IMG/VR virus record: IMGVR_UViG_3300013621_000001
Length of the DNA: 64,000 bases
Direction: 5' to 3' (one strand)
Source of the DNA: an uncultured virus (IMG/VR IMGVR_UViG_3300013621_000001)
Taxonomy: Duplodnaviria; Heunggongvirae; Uroviricota; Caudoviricetes
Shown: positions 1 to 11,545 of the stretch, in pieces
Numbering within the stretch: the first letter of the stretch is position 1
How the letters are laid out: every line of letters begins with the position of its first letter
Translations under genes and position numbers: made by a program
Notes under the pieces: generated by a model
Databases searched by the model: none
The model's input: only the letters and a program-made list of their open reading frames with translations
What the model was told of the DNA's origin: nothing

Positions 1-71
1 TCACCGGTAGAGTTTGAACGGCGCTACGCGCAAAGCGGCTCGTGAGTGTCTACAAAAATCTGGGCGGTCCA
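1..71 (+). mobile_element. Right end of an IS3-family insertion sequence (3' end of OrfB transposase plus terminal inverted repeat)
   Basis: Frame +1 reads SPVEFERRYAQSGS* (1-45), a typical IS3 OrfB C-terminus. It is followed by GTGTCTACAAAAATCTGGGCGGTCCA ending in CA at 71. The phage ORF loses its phage-like sequence exactly here. Confidence 0.85.
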
Positions 72-3000
72 CCGACTTGCGGTGGATCTGGTGCTTGCGC
101 ATCGACAGTTCCGGCATGGTCTGCAGATACAGCTGGTAAACCTGATCCTGGACAGCGTCGGAGACGTGGGACGTCCGCAGTTGATCGATCACATCGGCAA
201 CGAAGGTGCCGCTCGGTGCGTCGGTCGCCTTGCCCTCCATCTTCTGCCCTCGAGCGGTAATAGCCCACTCCCTGCGCTCGAGATCCTTCACGGCGCGGTC
301 CAGCTCATTCAGCGATTCGAACATCAGGAATGTGTTGGTACCGTCCTTCTCCGCTGCAACGAAGAACTTGCCGAAGCGCTGCAGGGGGAAGTAGACACCC
401 TGCAGGCGGGCGGACTCGAACTGCTCTCGGATCTTGATCACCAGCATGCGGCGGCTACTGTCGCTGAGGACCTGTCCCCCGACCAGGTCGCTGCCCTTCA
501 AGTCCTCGATGCGTTGGACCAACGCCTCTTCGACCGCCTCGGACCTTGCTCGATACGCATCACGGAACTGCAGGTAGAACGACTTCGCTTCTGGCGACAG
601 CTGAGACCACTGCTCAACCAACGGAGCGTACTGCCGGCGCCGGCGCGGCTCCGCCTTCAGCATGGCCTTCAGTGCTTTGACCTCATTCATGATGTTCGTC
701 TTGGTGTCACCGCTGCGCTCCCGCATCTGCTGTTGCTTCACCTTGATGGCGTGCAGCACATTCTTGCGATTGACCTCCTGCAGGCCTTTCTCACCCGGCA
801 TCCGGAACTGCAGCGCCTGGTACTCACGTGAGGGGTCAACGCCGTCCATGGTGGCTTGGTGCATGAGATCGAACAGGCGCCGGCTTTCGGCCTTGTTCTT
901 GCTGGCCCACTGGCGCGCCGCCTCCGCAATCGTGTCCGCCTCTGCCTGCAGCTTGTTCCGGTCCGCCTGCATCTCGGCCAGGTAGTCCGTATAGCGATCG
1001 ATGGTTGGAAAGTAATCGCGCCCAAGCTCGGTCAGGTGTCGGGTTGCCAAAGCACCGAGCCAGGTGGGCCGCAACGTGTCTTTCACCTTGCTAGGGGAGA
1101 GGCCTTCCAAATTCTGCCGGGCACGCGCCAGCACTTCTTCTCCCTCAACACCCTGCTGGATAGCATCGATGTCCGCGAGAGCTTCTGCCGGCGGCATGCT
1201 GAAGAGGCGGCCGCGGGCGGCCCGTGTCACTTCGGCGCCGTTGGGCAGCACCACGCTCCAGGTGCGCGGCCCACGCTCAACCGGGTCGGCCAGCACCTGG
1301 CCGCCGGTGCGCTCTGCCTCAGCGCGCGCGGCGCCAAGTGTCAGGAAATCGGCCGGTCGGCCGCGCTCGTCGGCGAGATACCACTGATCATCGCGGCGGA
1401 GAAATCGACCGCCGTTCTGCTCGAGGAAGGCTTCGCCGCGGGCATCGATCTGCGGCTGGGCGAACGAGTAGGAACGCACCATTTCCCGCTGCGCCTGCGC
1501 CGACATGCCGGCGCGCAGGAAGCTGTCGGCCTGGCTCAGCAGGTCCCGAACCTCGGTCTCGGACCACTTGAGCGAGGGCATCACCCGGCGGAGGAAGCGA
1601 CGCACTGCCGCGGCCACGCGGCTGGTGAAGCTGTTGCGGATCCCCCGCTCCGCCATGACGGCGATCGCTTCCTTGGCGAAGGTCTCGCGATCGACGGTGC
1701 CGTAGCGCCTGGTCACATCCGCCAGCACCGACTTCATCGCAGCAGTACCGGTTCCGTCGGCGGCCAGCTTGTCGATCGCGTCAACGATCTGGGTCCAATC
1801 CTTGGCCCCCACCACGGACTCAACGCCGTAGTGCCCGATTGCCTCGTGGGCCAGCACCTGAGCAAAGCGCTGCTCGGTGGCGATGTTGCCGGCGTTGATC
1901 CAGACGGTGGGCCGCCCGTCGTACACACCTTCGGCCCGGCGATAGCCCGGATCGACCTTGGCGCTGGCTGGGAAGTCCTCGGCCGAGCGCACAACGACCA
2001 CGCTGGGCGCGTTCTCGCCCCAGTGCTGGGTCAGGTCGGCTTTGAGCTGCAGCGCGCGGTCGAAGTCCAGGCCGCCGCTGGCAGACGGTGCAGCCGATCG
2101 ATTTATCCGCCCGCCGGGCCCAGGTGCTTCAGCTCCGGATCCTTCGCCAGCTGCTCCTTCGCCCATTGGCCGGAGGCCCGATACTCGGCCTTCAGCGACT
2201 CGATCTCGGAGGGCGTCAGCATCGAGACGTCCCTTGTCGAGGGTGAGGATGGTGCGCGCTTCGGACTCGGTGAGGCCTTCGAAGCCGTAGCCGAACTGGT
2301 CGCGCCACCAGGATTCGATTGATCCGAAACGTTCACGGACGTCGGCCAGGCTCTGGGAGTTGAGGGCGATTTTCCGTGAATAATCCTTGCCGGTCAAAGC
2401 GGTGGCAAGCACCACCTTCCCGCCGTTGTCCTCAATGTGGGTTTTCAGCTGGGCCAGGGTGCCGCCCTGAGTCAGCGTGTCATCGATCAGGACATAGTCG
2501 CGGCCCTTCTCCACCTTGCCGGTGAATGGGGGCTGGTTGGCCAGCCGGTGCAGAGCATCGCCGGCACTACGGTTGACCTTCGCGGCCTGGACGATGTCTT
2601 CGGACACCTGCAGTCCCAGCCGCTGGGCCAGCACCTCGGCAGCCATCCGCGGGATGCGGTTGTTGCCGGTGGCTTCCTGGGACTGCACGGCCACCACCAG
2701 GGGCTTGCTGCCTTCCGGTAGCGCGGCACGCACGTCCTGGACAAACTCCGGGGTGATGGCGTCGCGCGCCACGCGCAGCGCAGCGGTATCGTCTCCGGCC
2801 TTGGCTGCAGCGTAGTCCGCATGCGCACTCAGACGCCCTGGGCGATGTGCCGTGACAACGGCCGGGAAGTCCACCTCCCAGCCCCGACGGGAGAAGAGTG
2901 AATCGGATTGTCCCGCTGGGCTGTCCACGACAGGGGAGCTACCGCTCTCTCGATCGGTATCACTCGGCGCAGGCTTCGAAGTCTCAGGGTTTGACGCCGG

Positions 3001-6000
3001 CTTGGCCTTGCCGTCCTTCTTTGCCTCTGCGGCCTTGGCCACCTTGGCCGCCTTCGCGTCCCTTCTCGACTTCCGCTCAGGCTTCCCGAGTACGGAATCC
3101 AGATCGCGCGGGCTAGGAATGGTGCTGTGCCAGCGCGGCGCCTCATCCGGAAGAGCATTCCCTTCCTTGTCCACCATCTGCACCTTCACCTGCCAGCGCG
3201 GATCCTTCCCGGGCGGCCGGAATTCGATCACCCGATCCCGGGTGTTGCCATAGGCGTTCACGATGCGTCCCGGCTTGAAGTAGGCACCGAGCGTGCCGAT
3301 GTCTCCGCGGTCGTACTCCGGAGACCCTGCCTTGATGCGAACCTTGGGCGTGTAAACCGGCCCTGCCTCCACCGCCCCTGACGGTTTCGCTGGCGCTGCA
3401 GCAGCTCCAGGCTCACCTCCGTCCTTGGCCGACGCACTACCGGTTTCTGCAGGTGCACCAACGGCTTCGGCAGTCGCACTGACACCCTGCCCGGAGTCGC
3501 CTACGTTCGGAGCCGGCTGCAGCGCTGGCGCCGCCTCCGCCGGCTTGGCCCTGCTGACGCGGCGGGTGGTCTTCTTCGGGTCGCGCACCCAAGCCTTGAA
3601 CTGCTCCTGCGACATTTCCTTGATGCCACCCAGGCCGGTCCAGCCCTTCGAGTAGTTGGCCAGGTAGGTATCCCGGGCTTCCTGCTCCGACGCGGTTCCC
3701 ATGATGACCTTGTGCTCATCGAAGGACCCGTCCTTGTTGACCTGATCGACCACGTACACCGGCAGGGACGGATCTTCGGCGCGGTCGGTCATGAACACGT
3801 CGACGTGGTCCTTGTCCTTGCCGACCGTGCCCTTGAAGTAGCCGTAGTGGTTCTTCAGCGCCGGCCAGCGCGGATCGCGCTGGCTACCTGCAGGGTTCTC
3901 GATGCTGATGTCGTGGCCATTGATGCGGACATGGCCCTTCTTGTAGTTCCCGGCTTCCTTCTGCGCATCCGACGGGAGCGGCAGATCATTCGCAGGGTTG
4001 GTCGCGGCTTCTGCTGCCGCGGTGGCCACCTTCGGCGCATCCGCGGGCACGGCGGCGCTGTCCTGAGCAGGCGTCGCCTCGGCAAGGGGCTGCACCGGAG
4101 CAGTCTGTGCCAGGCTGGGCGCCTCCGTCGTGCCAACGGCGCCCGGCTCCGAAATCGGTTCGCCAGACACACCGGTGCCCGATTGCAGCGGCGCATCATT
4201 CGGAGCGAGCTGCAGGCCGCTGGCCAGCGGCGCCGACGCAGAGCGATCGGCAGGCGCTGCATCATCAAGCTGCAGGTCCGCAACCGGTGCCGCTTCCCTC
4301 AGCGGTTGCTGCGCCGGCGATGCCGGGCCTGCGGCCTCTCTCCCAACCGAGCCGTCGGAATCCGTGGGCGGCTCGGTGAGGCCGCGTCGGCGCTCGCCCT
4401 TGACCTCGTCCAGCAGCGGGCGCACGCGGGCGCTGGGCAGGCCGTACTGGTCACGCATGGCGCGCAGCAGAGTCGGCGTGTTGATGCCTCCATGCGCCTC
4501 CACTTGGTACTGCAGACCGTTGTGCAGCAGTTGCTTGATGTCCGTCGAAGTCGGCTCGCGCAGGGCTTCGCCGGTCTGTGCATCGACCCACGGTGGCGCG
4601 ACTGGGGGCGGCAGCGGCGGTGCCGCTGCTGCCGGCACTTCGGGAGTAGCCAGGCCTGCCTGGTCGCCCTGGACTTGCGGAGGCATGGGCTCGGCGATTG
4701 CCGCGGCAGCCGGTCCGATGGCAGTAGGTTCGTTGGGCCGCCGAGCCTGGGACACCAGGTTGGCGATACCTGCGATCGAGTTGGGGGCGGCGTCGGGGAA
4801 AGGCACTGTCGGCTGCGGGCGGGCAGCAACCCGGCGCCCATCGAAGGGCGCGGACATGCCGCGGCCCTGCGGGAACCGCATTTCGGGTTCGGCCATCACC
4901 TCCGGCCGGACACCACCGCGCGTGATGGTCCCATCCGGCGCCGCGGTCATCACTTCAGGCGGCGGGAGCGCGAGCATCTGTGGAATCGGGGGCGGCGGCA
5001 GCGATGGCGGCGTGGGAGCCGGCCTACGTGCCAAGCGCTCGCGCTCTGCATCGGCCTGCACGGCGGCCTGATTGTCGCCACGACTCGCGATGGCACCGCC
5101 GGCGGCCATTCCGCCGCCCAGCAAGCCGCCGATCGCCGCGCCGGTACCGGCGGCCTCGGGCACACCCTCCCATGCCGCCTGGGTCGGGTCGACCTGTCGC
5201 TGACCGAGATTGCCGGCCAACTGCGACCCGCCTTCCTGGAGGCCTTCTTCGACAGTCTCGCGCGCGGCACCAGCCAGCATCGCCTTCGGCTTGCGTGCCA
5301 GGCCGCGGGTGAAGACGTCAGCCTCGAACGGCGCCGCGATGCGGCCGGCAATCGCAGCGATTGGTGCCGTAATGGCTTGCGCTTCCATCGACGCGCCACG
5401 CGCGATCGTTTCCTTCACTGTCTGCGGGTCGCCGCCGGCGGCAACCATGCGCTTGTACTCCGGATTCGCGTCCCACACCGATTGTGGCTGTGCCATTGCC
5501 TGCTGGTACGTCTGCTGGCCTGCCGAACCGGTCTCCATCACCGTCGTCATGCCAGTGGCAGCGGCGGTCGCTGCCCGGTGTCCAGCGGCAGTCGCAGCCG
5601 TTTCCGCAGCCTCGGTACCGAGGCCCTTGGCCAGCGCCCCGGCCATGGCCCGCTCGCCTGCCTGAGCCGCTGCAGCGCGCGTGCCAGCGCCCATCGTGGC
5701 GATGTTGGGCACCTGCTCGGCAAGGAAGTTTCCGATCAGCCGCGGCGAGGACAGCACCTTGCCAGCGCTGGCGAAGAAGCCCTTGGTGTCCTGCAGCTCC
5801 TGCTTTTCCTGCTTGAGCGCATCCGACTGGCTCTCCCCGAGGTAGTCGGTTGCCATCTGCGTCGCCTTGGAGAGGCCCGCGCTGTCGGACCCAGCACGAC
5901 GTCCACCTAAGATTTCCGACGGCGTACCCGGCACCAGAGCGGCCGTCTCCGACGCACCCTTTACGCCCAAGCGATCCAAGCCGCGCAGGCCCTGCCGCAC

Positions 6001-6279
6001 CAGGTTCGTCGGCTCCAGAGAGTTTCGCTGCTCAATGGCGCCACCAATGATGTTCGCAGCACCGGTGGCGATGCCGAGACCGGTGTCCTTGATGGCCTCG
6101 CCCCAGGAACGCTCCGGGCGTTTTGCCACCTTCTGGACGGGCTGCCGCGACGCGAATGGGTCCGCGACATCCAAAGCCAATGGCTTCGCTCCGGACGCAG
6201 ATCCGTCCTGCATCCCGCCAGCGGGCTGAGGGCGCTTCGCCGGCTTGAACGGATCATTGACGTCGAGTGGATTCGCCAT
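72..6279 (-). pseudogene. Giant polyvalent (PLxRFG) virion/ejection protein with inorganic-pyrophosphatase-like, phosphoribosyltransferase and zincin metallopeptidase domains; IS-interrupted
   Basis: NYKKGH...HYGY...DKDHVDV...FDEHKVIMG (InPase-like, ~3575-3950); YVLIDDTLTQGGT (type I PRT loop, ~2460-2495); AHEAIGHYG (HExxxH, ~1825-1850); YFPLQRFG (~370-395). The native frame ends at RKSV at the IS junction. Confidence 0.82.
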
Positions 6280-6282
6280 GGC

Positions 6283-7797
6283 TCAGTTGCCTCCGTAGTT
6301 CTTGTCGTAGTACTCGCGCAACTGCGCGTCGGTCATCTTTGAGCCGCTGGATCGAATGGTCGTCAGAAACCGCTCAAACGTGGGCTTTCCGGCGTTGGGG
6401 CGCAGGCCGGCATAGAGCGGATCCGCATCGAGCTGGGCCAGAGCGGAGGTCTTCGCGGCTTCGTCCATCGTGACGTTCCCGGAAATGGCGTTGAATCGAT
6501 CGGTGTAGGACTTCAGGCGATCGGCATCGGTGAGTTCGCCGGTTTGGCGCGGCGCCTGGGCGGCTCGGACGTTCTGGCCATCGGTACCAGTCACCGGCCG
6601 CCAGCTGCCATCGCCACCGACAACGCCCATGCTGCCGTCCGCAGCAACCGAGATCTCCGGACGGCGAGCGACGCGGGCCGCTTCCAGCGATGCCTGGCGA
6701 TTGGCAGCGTTGTCCTGCATCTGCGCATTGAACTGGCCGGCCTGCAGCGCGCGGTTCGCGTCGCCCTGGGCAGCGACGGCGTTGACCTGACCGGCGGCAA
6801 GATCGGCTTCGTCCTGCGTGCGAAGCGCAGATGCGCGCTCTGCCTGGCGCGCGCCGGCCTCGCCCAAGATCGCTTGCGCTACCGCGGCGCGACCACTCGG
6901 GCTGCCCTTCAGGCTGGCGCTGCCCATCGCGCGCGTGAGCTTGTCCACCGTGGTGTCGGCCGGGTTCTCGATGATCCCGCCTTGGCGCCCGCGCTGCGCA
7001 ATCTGCGGAGTCGGCCGCGGAGCCACCACTGCCGGCGTTGCCGGTGCGGCAGCAAGGGGCGACACCAAGGGAGCCAGGGAGCCATTTGCCGGAGCGGCTG
7101 AGGCCGCCCCGCCGGCGGCTGCGATGGTGGCGGCGGACCCGGTGAACACCGAATTGCCGTTGGCATCTACGGTGCGGGTAATGCCTGCCGGCAACGCGGC
7201 GGTGCGGCCGTCCTGGGTCATGTAGGTGCTCGGCGCCGCTGCAGTGGTTGCTGCCGCCCGGGGAGCTACAGCACCTGCAGCACCCGCAAGTGGCGCTGTG
7301 GAGCTCACGCTCGAACTGACACCGGTGAAGTCCGCCCCGATCGACGGTCGCCCGGCCAGCCGGGAACCGCTGAGGGGCGCGGTCGAATCGACGCTGGACG
7401 AGACCCCAGAGAAAGTGGGCTTGGGCCGCGGGGCCGACGGGAGGCGCAGTGGCGACAAGCGGCTCAGCGCGGCGGTGGCGCCGCCGACGGGATCCAGCTG
7501 GGTCGGCGCACGCAGTGGTTGCCCCTGCTCCGATGATGGTGCTGCACCCGCAACGGCCCTGCCGGCATCCCGTACGAACCCGCCGGCCTCACGCCCTGGC
7601 GCCGTGACGGCGTCGGCCACGGTGCCAGCAGCGCGCAAACCAACGCCCGCGGCCCGCCGTGCCAACGCCGCGGTCCCGGCCACGCCGCTGCGTAGCGCGG
7701 ATCCGGCCGCTGTGCCGGCACTCGGCCTGGGCGCAATACGGGGCTGCCCGGGGGCGACGCCGACGGGATTCAGTTCGTCTCGATCATTGATGGCCAT
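6283..7797 (-). CDS. Ala/Pro-rich putative internal virion (ejection) protein, 504 aa
   Basis: ATG at 7797 with AAAGGGGAA RBS; lies immediately upstream of the giant gene. Confidence 0.65.
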   Translation of the reverse strand: MAINDRDELNPVGVAPGQPRIAPRPSAGTAAGSALRSGVAGTAALARRAAGVGLRAAGTVADAVTAPGREAGGFVRDAGRAVAGAAPSSEQGQPLRAPTQLDPVGGATAALSRLSPLRLPSAPRPKPTFSGVSSSVDSTAPLSGSRLAGRPSIGADFTGVSSSVSSTAPLAGAAGAVAPRAAATTAAAPSTYMTQDGRTAALPAGITRTVDANGNSVFTGSAATIAAAGGAASAAPANGSLAPLVSPLAAAPATPAVVAPRPTPQIAQRGRQGGIIENPADTTVDKLTRAMGSASLKGSPSGRAAVAQAILGEAGARQAERASALRTQDEADLAAGQVNAVAAQGDANRALQAGQFNAQMQDNAANRQASLEAARVARRPEISVAADGSMGVVGGDGSWRPVTGTDGQNVRAAQAPRQTGELTDADRLKSYTDRFNAISGNVTMDEAAKTSALAQLDADPLYAGLRPNAGKPTFERFLTTIRSSGSKMTDAQLREYYDKNYGGN

Positions 7798-7825
7798 GAG
7801 GTTCCCCTTTTGTGGTTGAGGCTGA

Positions 7826-9715
7826 TCACGCGTCCGCGATCTCGCCCTGGAAGCTGAAGTTCTGAGAACAGGAACTGGATTTGCTGCGGCCACTGGAGAC
7901 GGTTGCGCCGTAGTTGACAGCGCTCATCGTGCTGGCAGCCAACTGGCTCGAGATCTGCGCCTTCGCTCGCTGGATCTCGCCCGACTGGGACAGCAAGCCG
8001 AGCATCTGCTGGATCCGCATCTGCGCGTGCTGCAGCTGGGCCTCGATCGAGGCTCGCTCTCGCGCGAGGCCGAGCTCGAAACTGCGGTCGGCAGCCGCGG
8101 ACGCCACTTGCTCCACGCCGGCATCGGCGCTGTAGATGCGAGCCTTCGCATCGAAGGCTTGGCCCACGGCTGCCAGGCGAGCACGTTCACCGCTCAGTGT
8201 GGCGTCCCAGCGGGCGATGCCGGCGCGCCAGACGTCCAGGTTCACACCGTGCTGCGCCATGCGAAGGCGCTCCGCCTCGAACTGCATGTTGTTGCTCGCA
8301 GCCCAGGCATCGACGCGCTTGGCATTGGCATCGACCAAAGTGCGATACAGGTCCGCCCGCTTTCCCTCCCCCTCTACGCTTGCTGTGTAGCCCTGCCATT
8401 CAGCGACGTGGGCACGCCAGCGCGCCTCGTAGGCGTCGACCTGGGCGCGGTACTTGTCGATGCCGAACCGATTGATGTCGGCTTGCACCTTCACCGCCTC
8501 CACACGGGTGCGGTAGAAGTCGGCCAGGGTGGTCACGCCACGAAGCTGGGACTCATACAGGCGCACCCGCTGCTCGTTGATTTCACCCCGAGCGCGTTCG
8601 CCTTCGATCTGGGCGCGGAACACCTCGACCTTGGCCAGCTCTGCCTGGATGCGGTCCCGCAGCACCTGGGCATCGGTCTGGTAGGCCTGCAGGCGCGCAT
8701 TGAAGACCGAGATCCTGGCATTCAGCACTGCGATGACGGTCTCGCGTTGGAAAGTCGCAGCCTGCAGCAGCACCTTCTGCTCTTCGGTGTGCAGCTGCGC
8801 CAGCGTCCCCTCGAGGGCGGCGCCCTGGGCGATGGCCATGCGCTGGTTGGCCAGCGATTCCTCGAACTGCTTAATCGCAGTATCCCGGGAAGCTTCGGCA
8901 ACGGCGCTTTGGCCGGTCTGGCGGATCTCCAGGACCCGGCCGGCAAGCATGCCCTGGGGCTCAGCAAAGCCCCGGGCACCAAATTCTGCGACCGCCTGCT
9001 CAACGTTCCGATGTGTCTCGAGCTCGATGCGGCTGCGAGCCCGCTGGAAGATGGCGTCCTCAATGATCTTGGGCAGTGCCTGGCTACCAACGATCATGGG
9101 CTTGAGCGTCGAGGTCAGCGTGTCGACCAACGTGCTGACGTACGGTGTCGCCTCGAACTGCCAGGTGTCGTTGAATGGCGGCTCGATGAAAATCGGCTTC
9201 TCGGCGTCGAACTCTGGCAGAGAGATGTTCGGCACCGCCGGCAGGTTCAACGCCTCAAACGTCGGTACCTGCGGCAATACATAGGTCGGTTCCAGCGGCA
9301 GCACGATCTCCGCCGGGTCGATCGGGATCGTCGGCTCCACGACATTGGGTGTGGTCGGCTTGGCGCCGAACGCCAACGTCGGTGGTTGAGCATCGAGCTC
9401 GGGTGCTTCGCTGATCGAGATCGGCGCGGCCGCAAATCCCGGCGCACTAGGTAGCGGAACATCGGGAGCGCGAAACTCCAATGCCCCGTCGTCCAGGTCC
9501 GGACGACGGGGCCGCTGGAACGTGGCCTGGGGATCAGCGAAGCGAAAGTCGACATTGAAGTCGACAGGGTCCAGGCGAACACTGTTGAGACCGTCGAGGT
9601 TGGAAATCGCCAAACTGTACGTTTGGGCCCCCAACTCCATGAACTTGTCGTGGGCGCTGCCCACGAGTGTGACCGCGGCATCCGCCGACAGGTCAGGACA
9701 CCAGGTCGAAGCCAT
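7826..9715 (-). CDS. Coiled-coil virion protein, 629 aa
   Basis: Long ORF with GGAG RBS and helical C-terminal half, in the structural operon. Confidence 0.7.
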   Translation of the reverse strand: MASTWCPDLSADAAVTLVGSAHDKFMELGAQTYSLAISNLDGLNSVRLDPVDFNVDFRFADPQATFQRPRRPDLDDGALEFRAPDVPLPSAPGFAAAPISISEAPELDAQPPTLAFGAKPTTPNVVEPTIPIDPAEIVLPLEPTYVLPQVPTFEALNLPAVPNISLPEFDAEKPIFIEPPFNDTWQFEATPYVSTLVDTLTSTLKPMIVGSQALPKIIEDAIFQRARSRIELETHRNVEQAVAEFGARGFAEPQGMLAGRVLEIRQTGQSAVAEASRDTAIKQFEESLANQRMAIAQGAALEGTLAQLHTEEQKVLLQAATFQRETVIAVLNARISVFNARLQAYQTDAQVLRDRIQAELAKVEVFRAQIEGERARGEINEQRVRLYESQLRGVTTLADFYRTRVEAVKVQADINRFGIDKYRAQVDAYEARWRAHVAEWQGYTASVEGEGKRADLYRTLVDANAKRVDAWAASNNMQFEAERLRMAQHGVNLDVWRAGIARWDATLSGERARLAAVGQAFDAKARIYSADAGVEQVASAAADRSFELGLARERASIEAQLQHAQMRIQQMLGLLSQSGEIQRAKAQISSQLAASTMSAVNYGATVSSGRSKSSSCSQNFSFQGEIADA

Positions 9716-9728
9716 ATTTCTTCTCCAA

Positions 9729-10061
9729 TCAAGACCACTGCAGCAGGACGAAGACGTTCCATTGATTGCCGCCTTGGGCCGCTATGCCCGGCGTGGCATC
9801 AACGGGTACGTACCCATCCAGGAGGTACCTGCCTTCCGCTTCGAAAACCATCGGAATGACAGCGGGCCCGTCCGGAAGGTCGATCCTTAGCTCGAAGTCG
9901 ATGCCGTACTGAAAGCCTGCGGCGCCATTAAAGAACTCCGGATTCCTCCACGGATATGCGTATCCGTTTGTGACCAGAAGCTGGTATTCCTCGGGCTCCG
10001 GATCATCACCGCATTGCTGCACCACTCCACTGAGCTCGCGCCAAAAACAAGGCCCCGCCAT
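9729..10061 (-). CDS. Hypothetical protein, 110 aa
   Basis: Fills the gap between neighbours on the same strand. Confidence 0.6.
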   Translation of the reverse strand: MAGPCFWRELSGVVQQCGDDPEPEEYQLLVTNGYAYPWRNPEFFNGAAGFQYGIDFELRIDLPDGPAVIPMVFEAEGRYLLDGYVPVDATPGIAAQGGNQWNVFVLLQWS

Positions 10062-10063
10062 AC

Positions 10064-11545
10064 CTACCCCCTTGTACGTCGTTCGAGATAGACCGGCCGG
10101 AACTCGATCGCCGCCAGATCAAAGTCGGCTCCATTCACGTTCTCGATGATGAAGTCGAAGTCCACTGCCTTGATTCCCTTGCCCAGCTTCCAGCGCGTCT
10201 CGCGCGTGCTTGTCGCCGGTCGCTCCAGAATCCTGTATATGGCGGCTTCCTTCTGGCCAGATTCCTCGTTCACCGTGATCACATGCAGCAGTAGTGCGCC
10301 GGTGCTGGTGTACCCGACGAACGCCTCTGGCACCCGCTTCAGCCGGCGCGTCCCAAGCGCGGAAAGCCCGAGCCTGATGCGTGCGGCGATCGGCTGGCCA
10401 TCATCGTCATCGCCGTCAAGTCGGTGAAGTCCGTCGCTCGCCGCACCGTAGTATCGGTTGCCGATCTTGGCGAAGCTGTTGAACGGATACTCCGTGTACC
10501 GCGACAGACCGCGGCTCTCGGTGTTCAGAACCCATGCAATGTACTCACCGGTGTCCAGCGCCAAGCGCGTGACGAACCCCAGCCCGTCACCCAGACGCTG
10601 CAGGGCCTCTGCACTATTCACTTCGCCGGCCGTCGCCAGCGCGCGCTCATTGATCAGTACGACGCCGGTACCCGATCCGAAGGCGTCTGCGTTGATCAGC
10701 AGCGCTTCTGCGAGACGGTCCGCCGCACGCTGCAGGCTCCCAACCACCTCCGAGGCGACCAGGCTATCGGCGACACGCTCGGACTTGAGGACTTCGGTCA
10801 AAGCACCAAACCACAAGCCGCCGGCAATCGCATTGACTGCGTCCGCATAGGACCGGCACGTACCCAGCAGCAGAAGCCTGTCTAGAACTCGCTCCAGCTT
10901 TAAGACCGTCGCCTGCGGCGCCGGCGCGAACACGACACCCTCCTCCACCAGGAGCTGGTAGACGATCGCGACAGTGTCCTCCAGGCTCAACACATCAGCG
11001 GCAGCGCCGTTGCCTGACTGGGTGCTTCGCCGCCCAGCTGCGACGGCCAAGGCCTCGCCCAGCACGTGGGTCGGCAATGTCGACTCCAACTGTCCCATGT
11101 CCAACGCAGCCCGTGGGCTGACAAACCACAACCCACCGAAGGACGACACCATGCGAGGAATGGCCTCGAGTCCCGCATAGGCCATGGGCTCTGTGAGCTG
11201 GCGTCCACGCGCGTGGATCGCCAGCCTCGCCACACCACCACCATGGCCAGGGGCGGCCTGGAAGCCAGCCGCTACGACCAGGACCGATGCACCTCCCTCC
11301 CCGACCAGGTGGAGCGATGCCACCCCATCCGTGCTGAGCTGCAGAGCCGCAGCACCGTGCGCTGGCACGTCGGGATCCACACCGCCGCCGAATCGTACCT
11401 GCGCAACGCCACCGCCGCGAAGCCTCAGCACGGCGGCGCCGCTGCCGGCAAATCCACGGCCAGCACCTCGCGCACGGACTACCAGCGCGCAGCTGGCGCT
11501 TCCCTCAATCGAAACGGCGCCAAGGGGAACGAACTCAATGGTCAT
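10064..11545 (-). CDS. Putative tail/virion protein, 493 aa
   Basis: Start MTIEF has an ATGA overlap with the upstream stop; structural operon context. Confidence 0.65.
   Translation of the reverse strand: MTIEFVPLGAVSIEGSASCALVVRARGAGRGFAGSGAAVLRLRGGGVAQVRFGGGVDPDVPAHGAAALQLSTDGVASLHLVGEGGASVLVVAAGFQAAPGHGGGVARLAIHARGRQLTEPMAYAGLEAIPRMVSSFGGLWFVSPRAALDMGQLESTLPTHVLGEALAVAAGRRSTQSGNGAAADVLSLEDTVAIVYQLLVEEGVVFAPAPQATVLKLERVLDRLLLLGTCRSYADAVNAIAGGLWFGALTEVLKSERVADSLVASEVVGSLQRAADRLAEALLINADAFGSGTGVVLINERALATAGEVNSAEALQRLGDGLGFVTRLALDTGEYIAWVLNTESRGLSRYTEYPFNSFAKIGNRYYGAASDGLHRLDGDDDDGQPIAARIRLGLSALGTRRLKRVPEAFVGYTSTGALLLHVITVNEESGQKEAAIYRILERPATSTRETRWKLGKGIKAVDFDFIIENVNGADFDLAAIEFRPVYLERRTRG

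Noticed and set aside
1..71. ORF-track C-terminus of the 2092-aa protein as a genuine protein end
   Set aside because: It derives from read-through into the IS3 end
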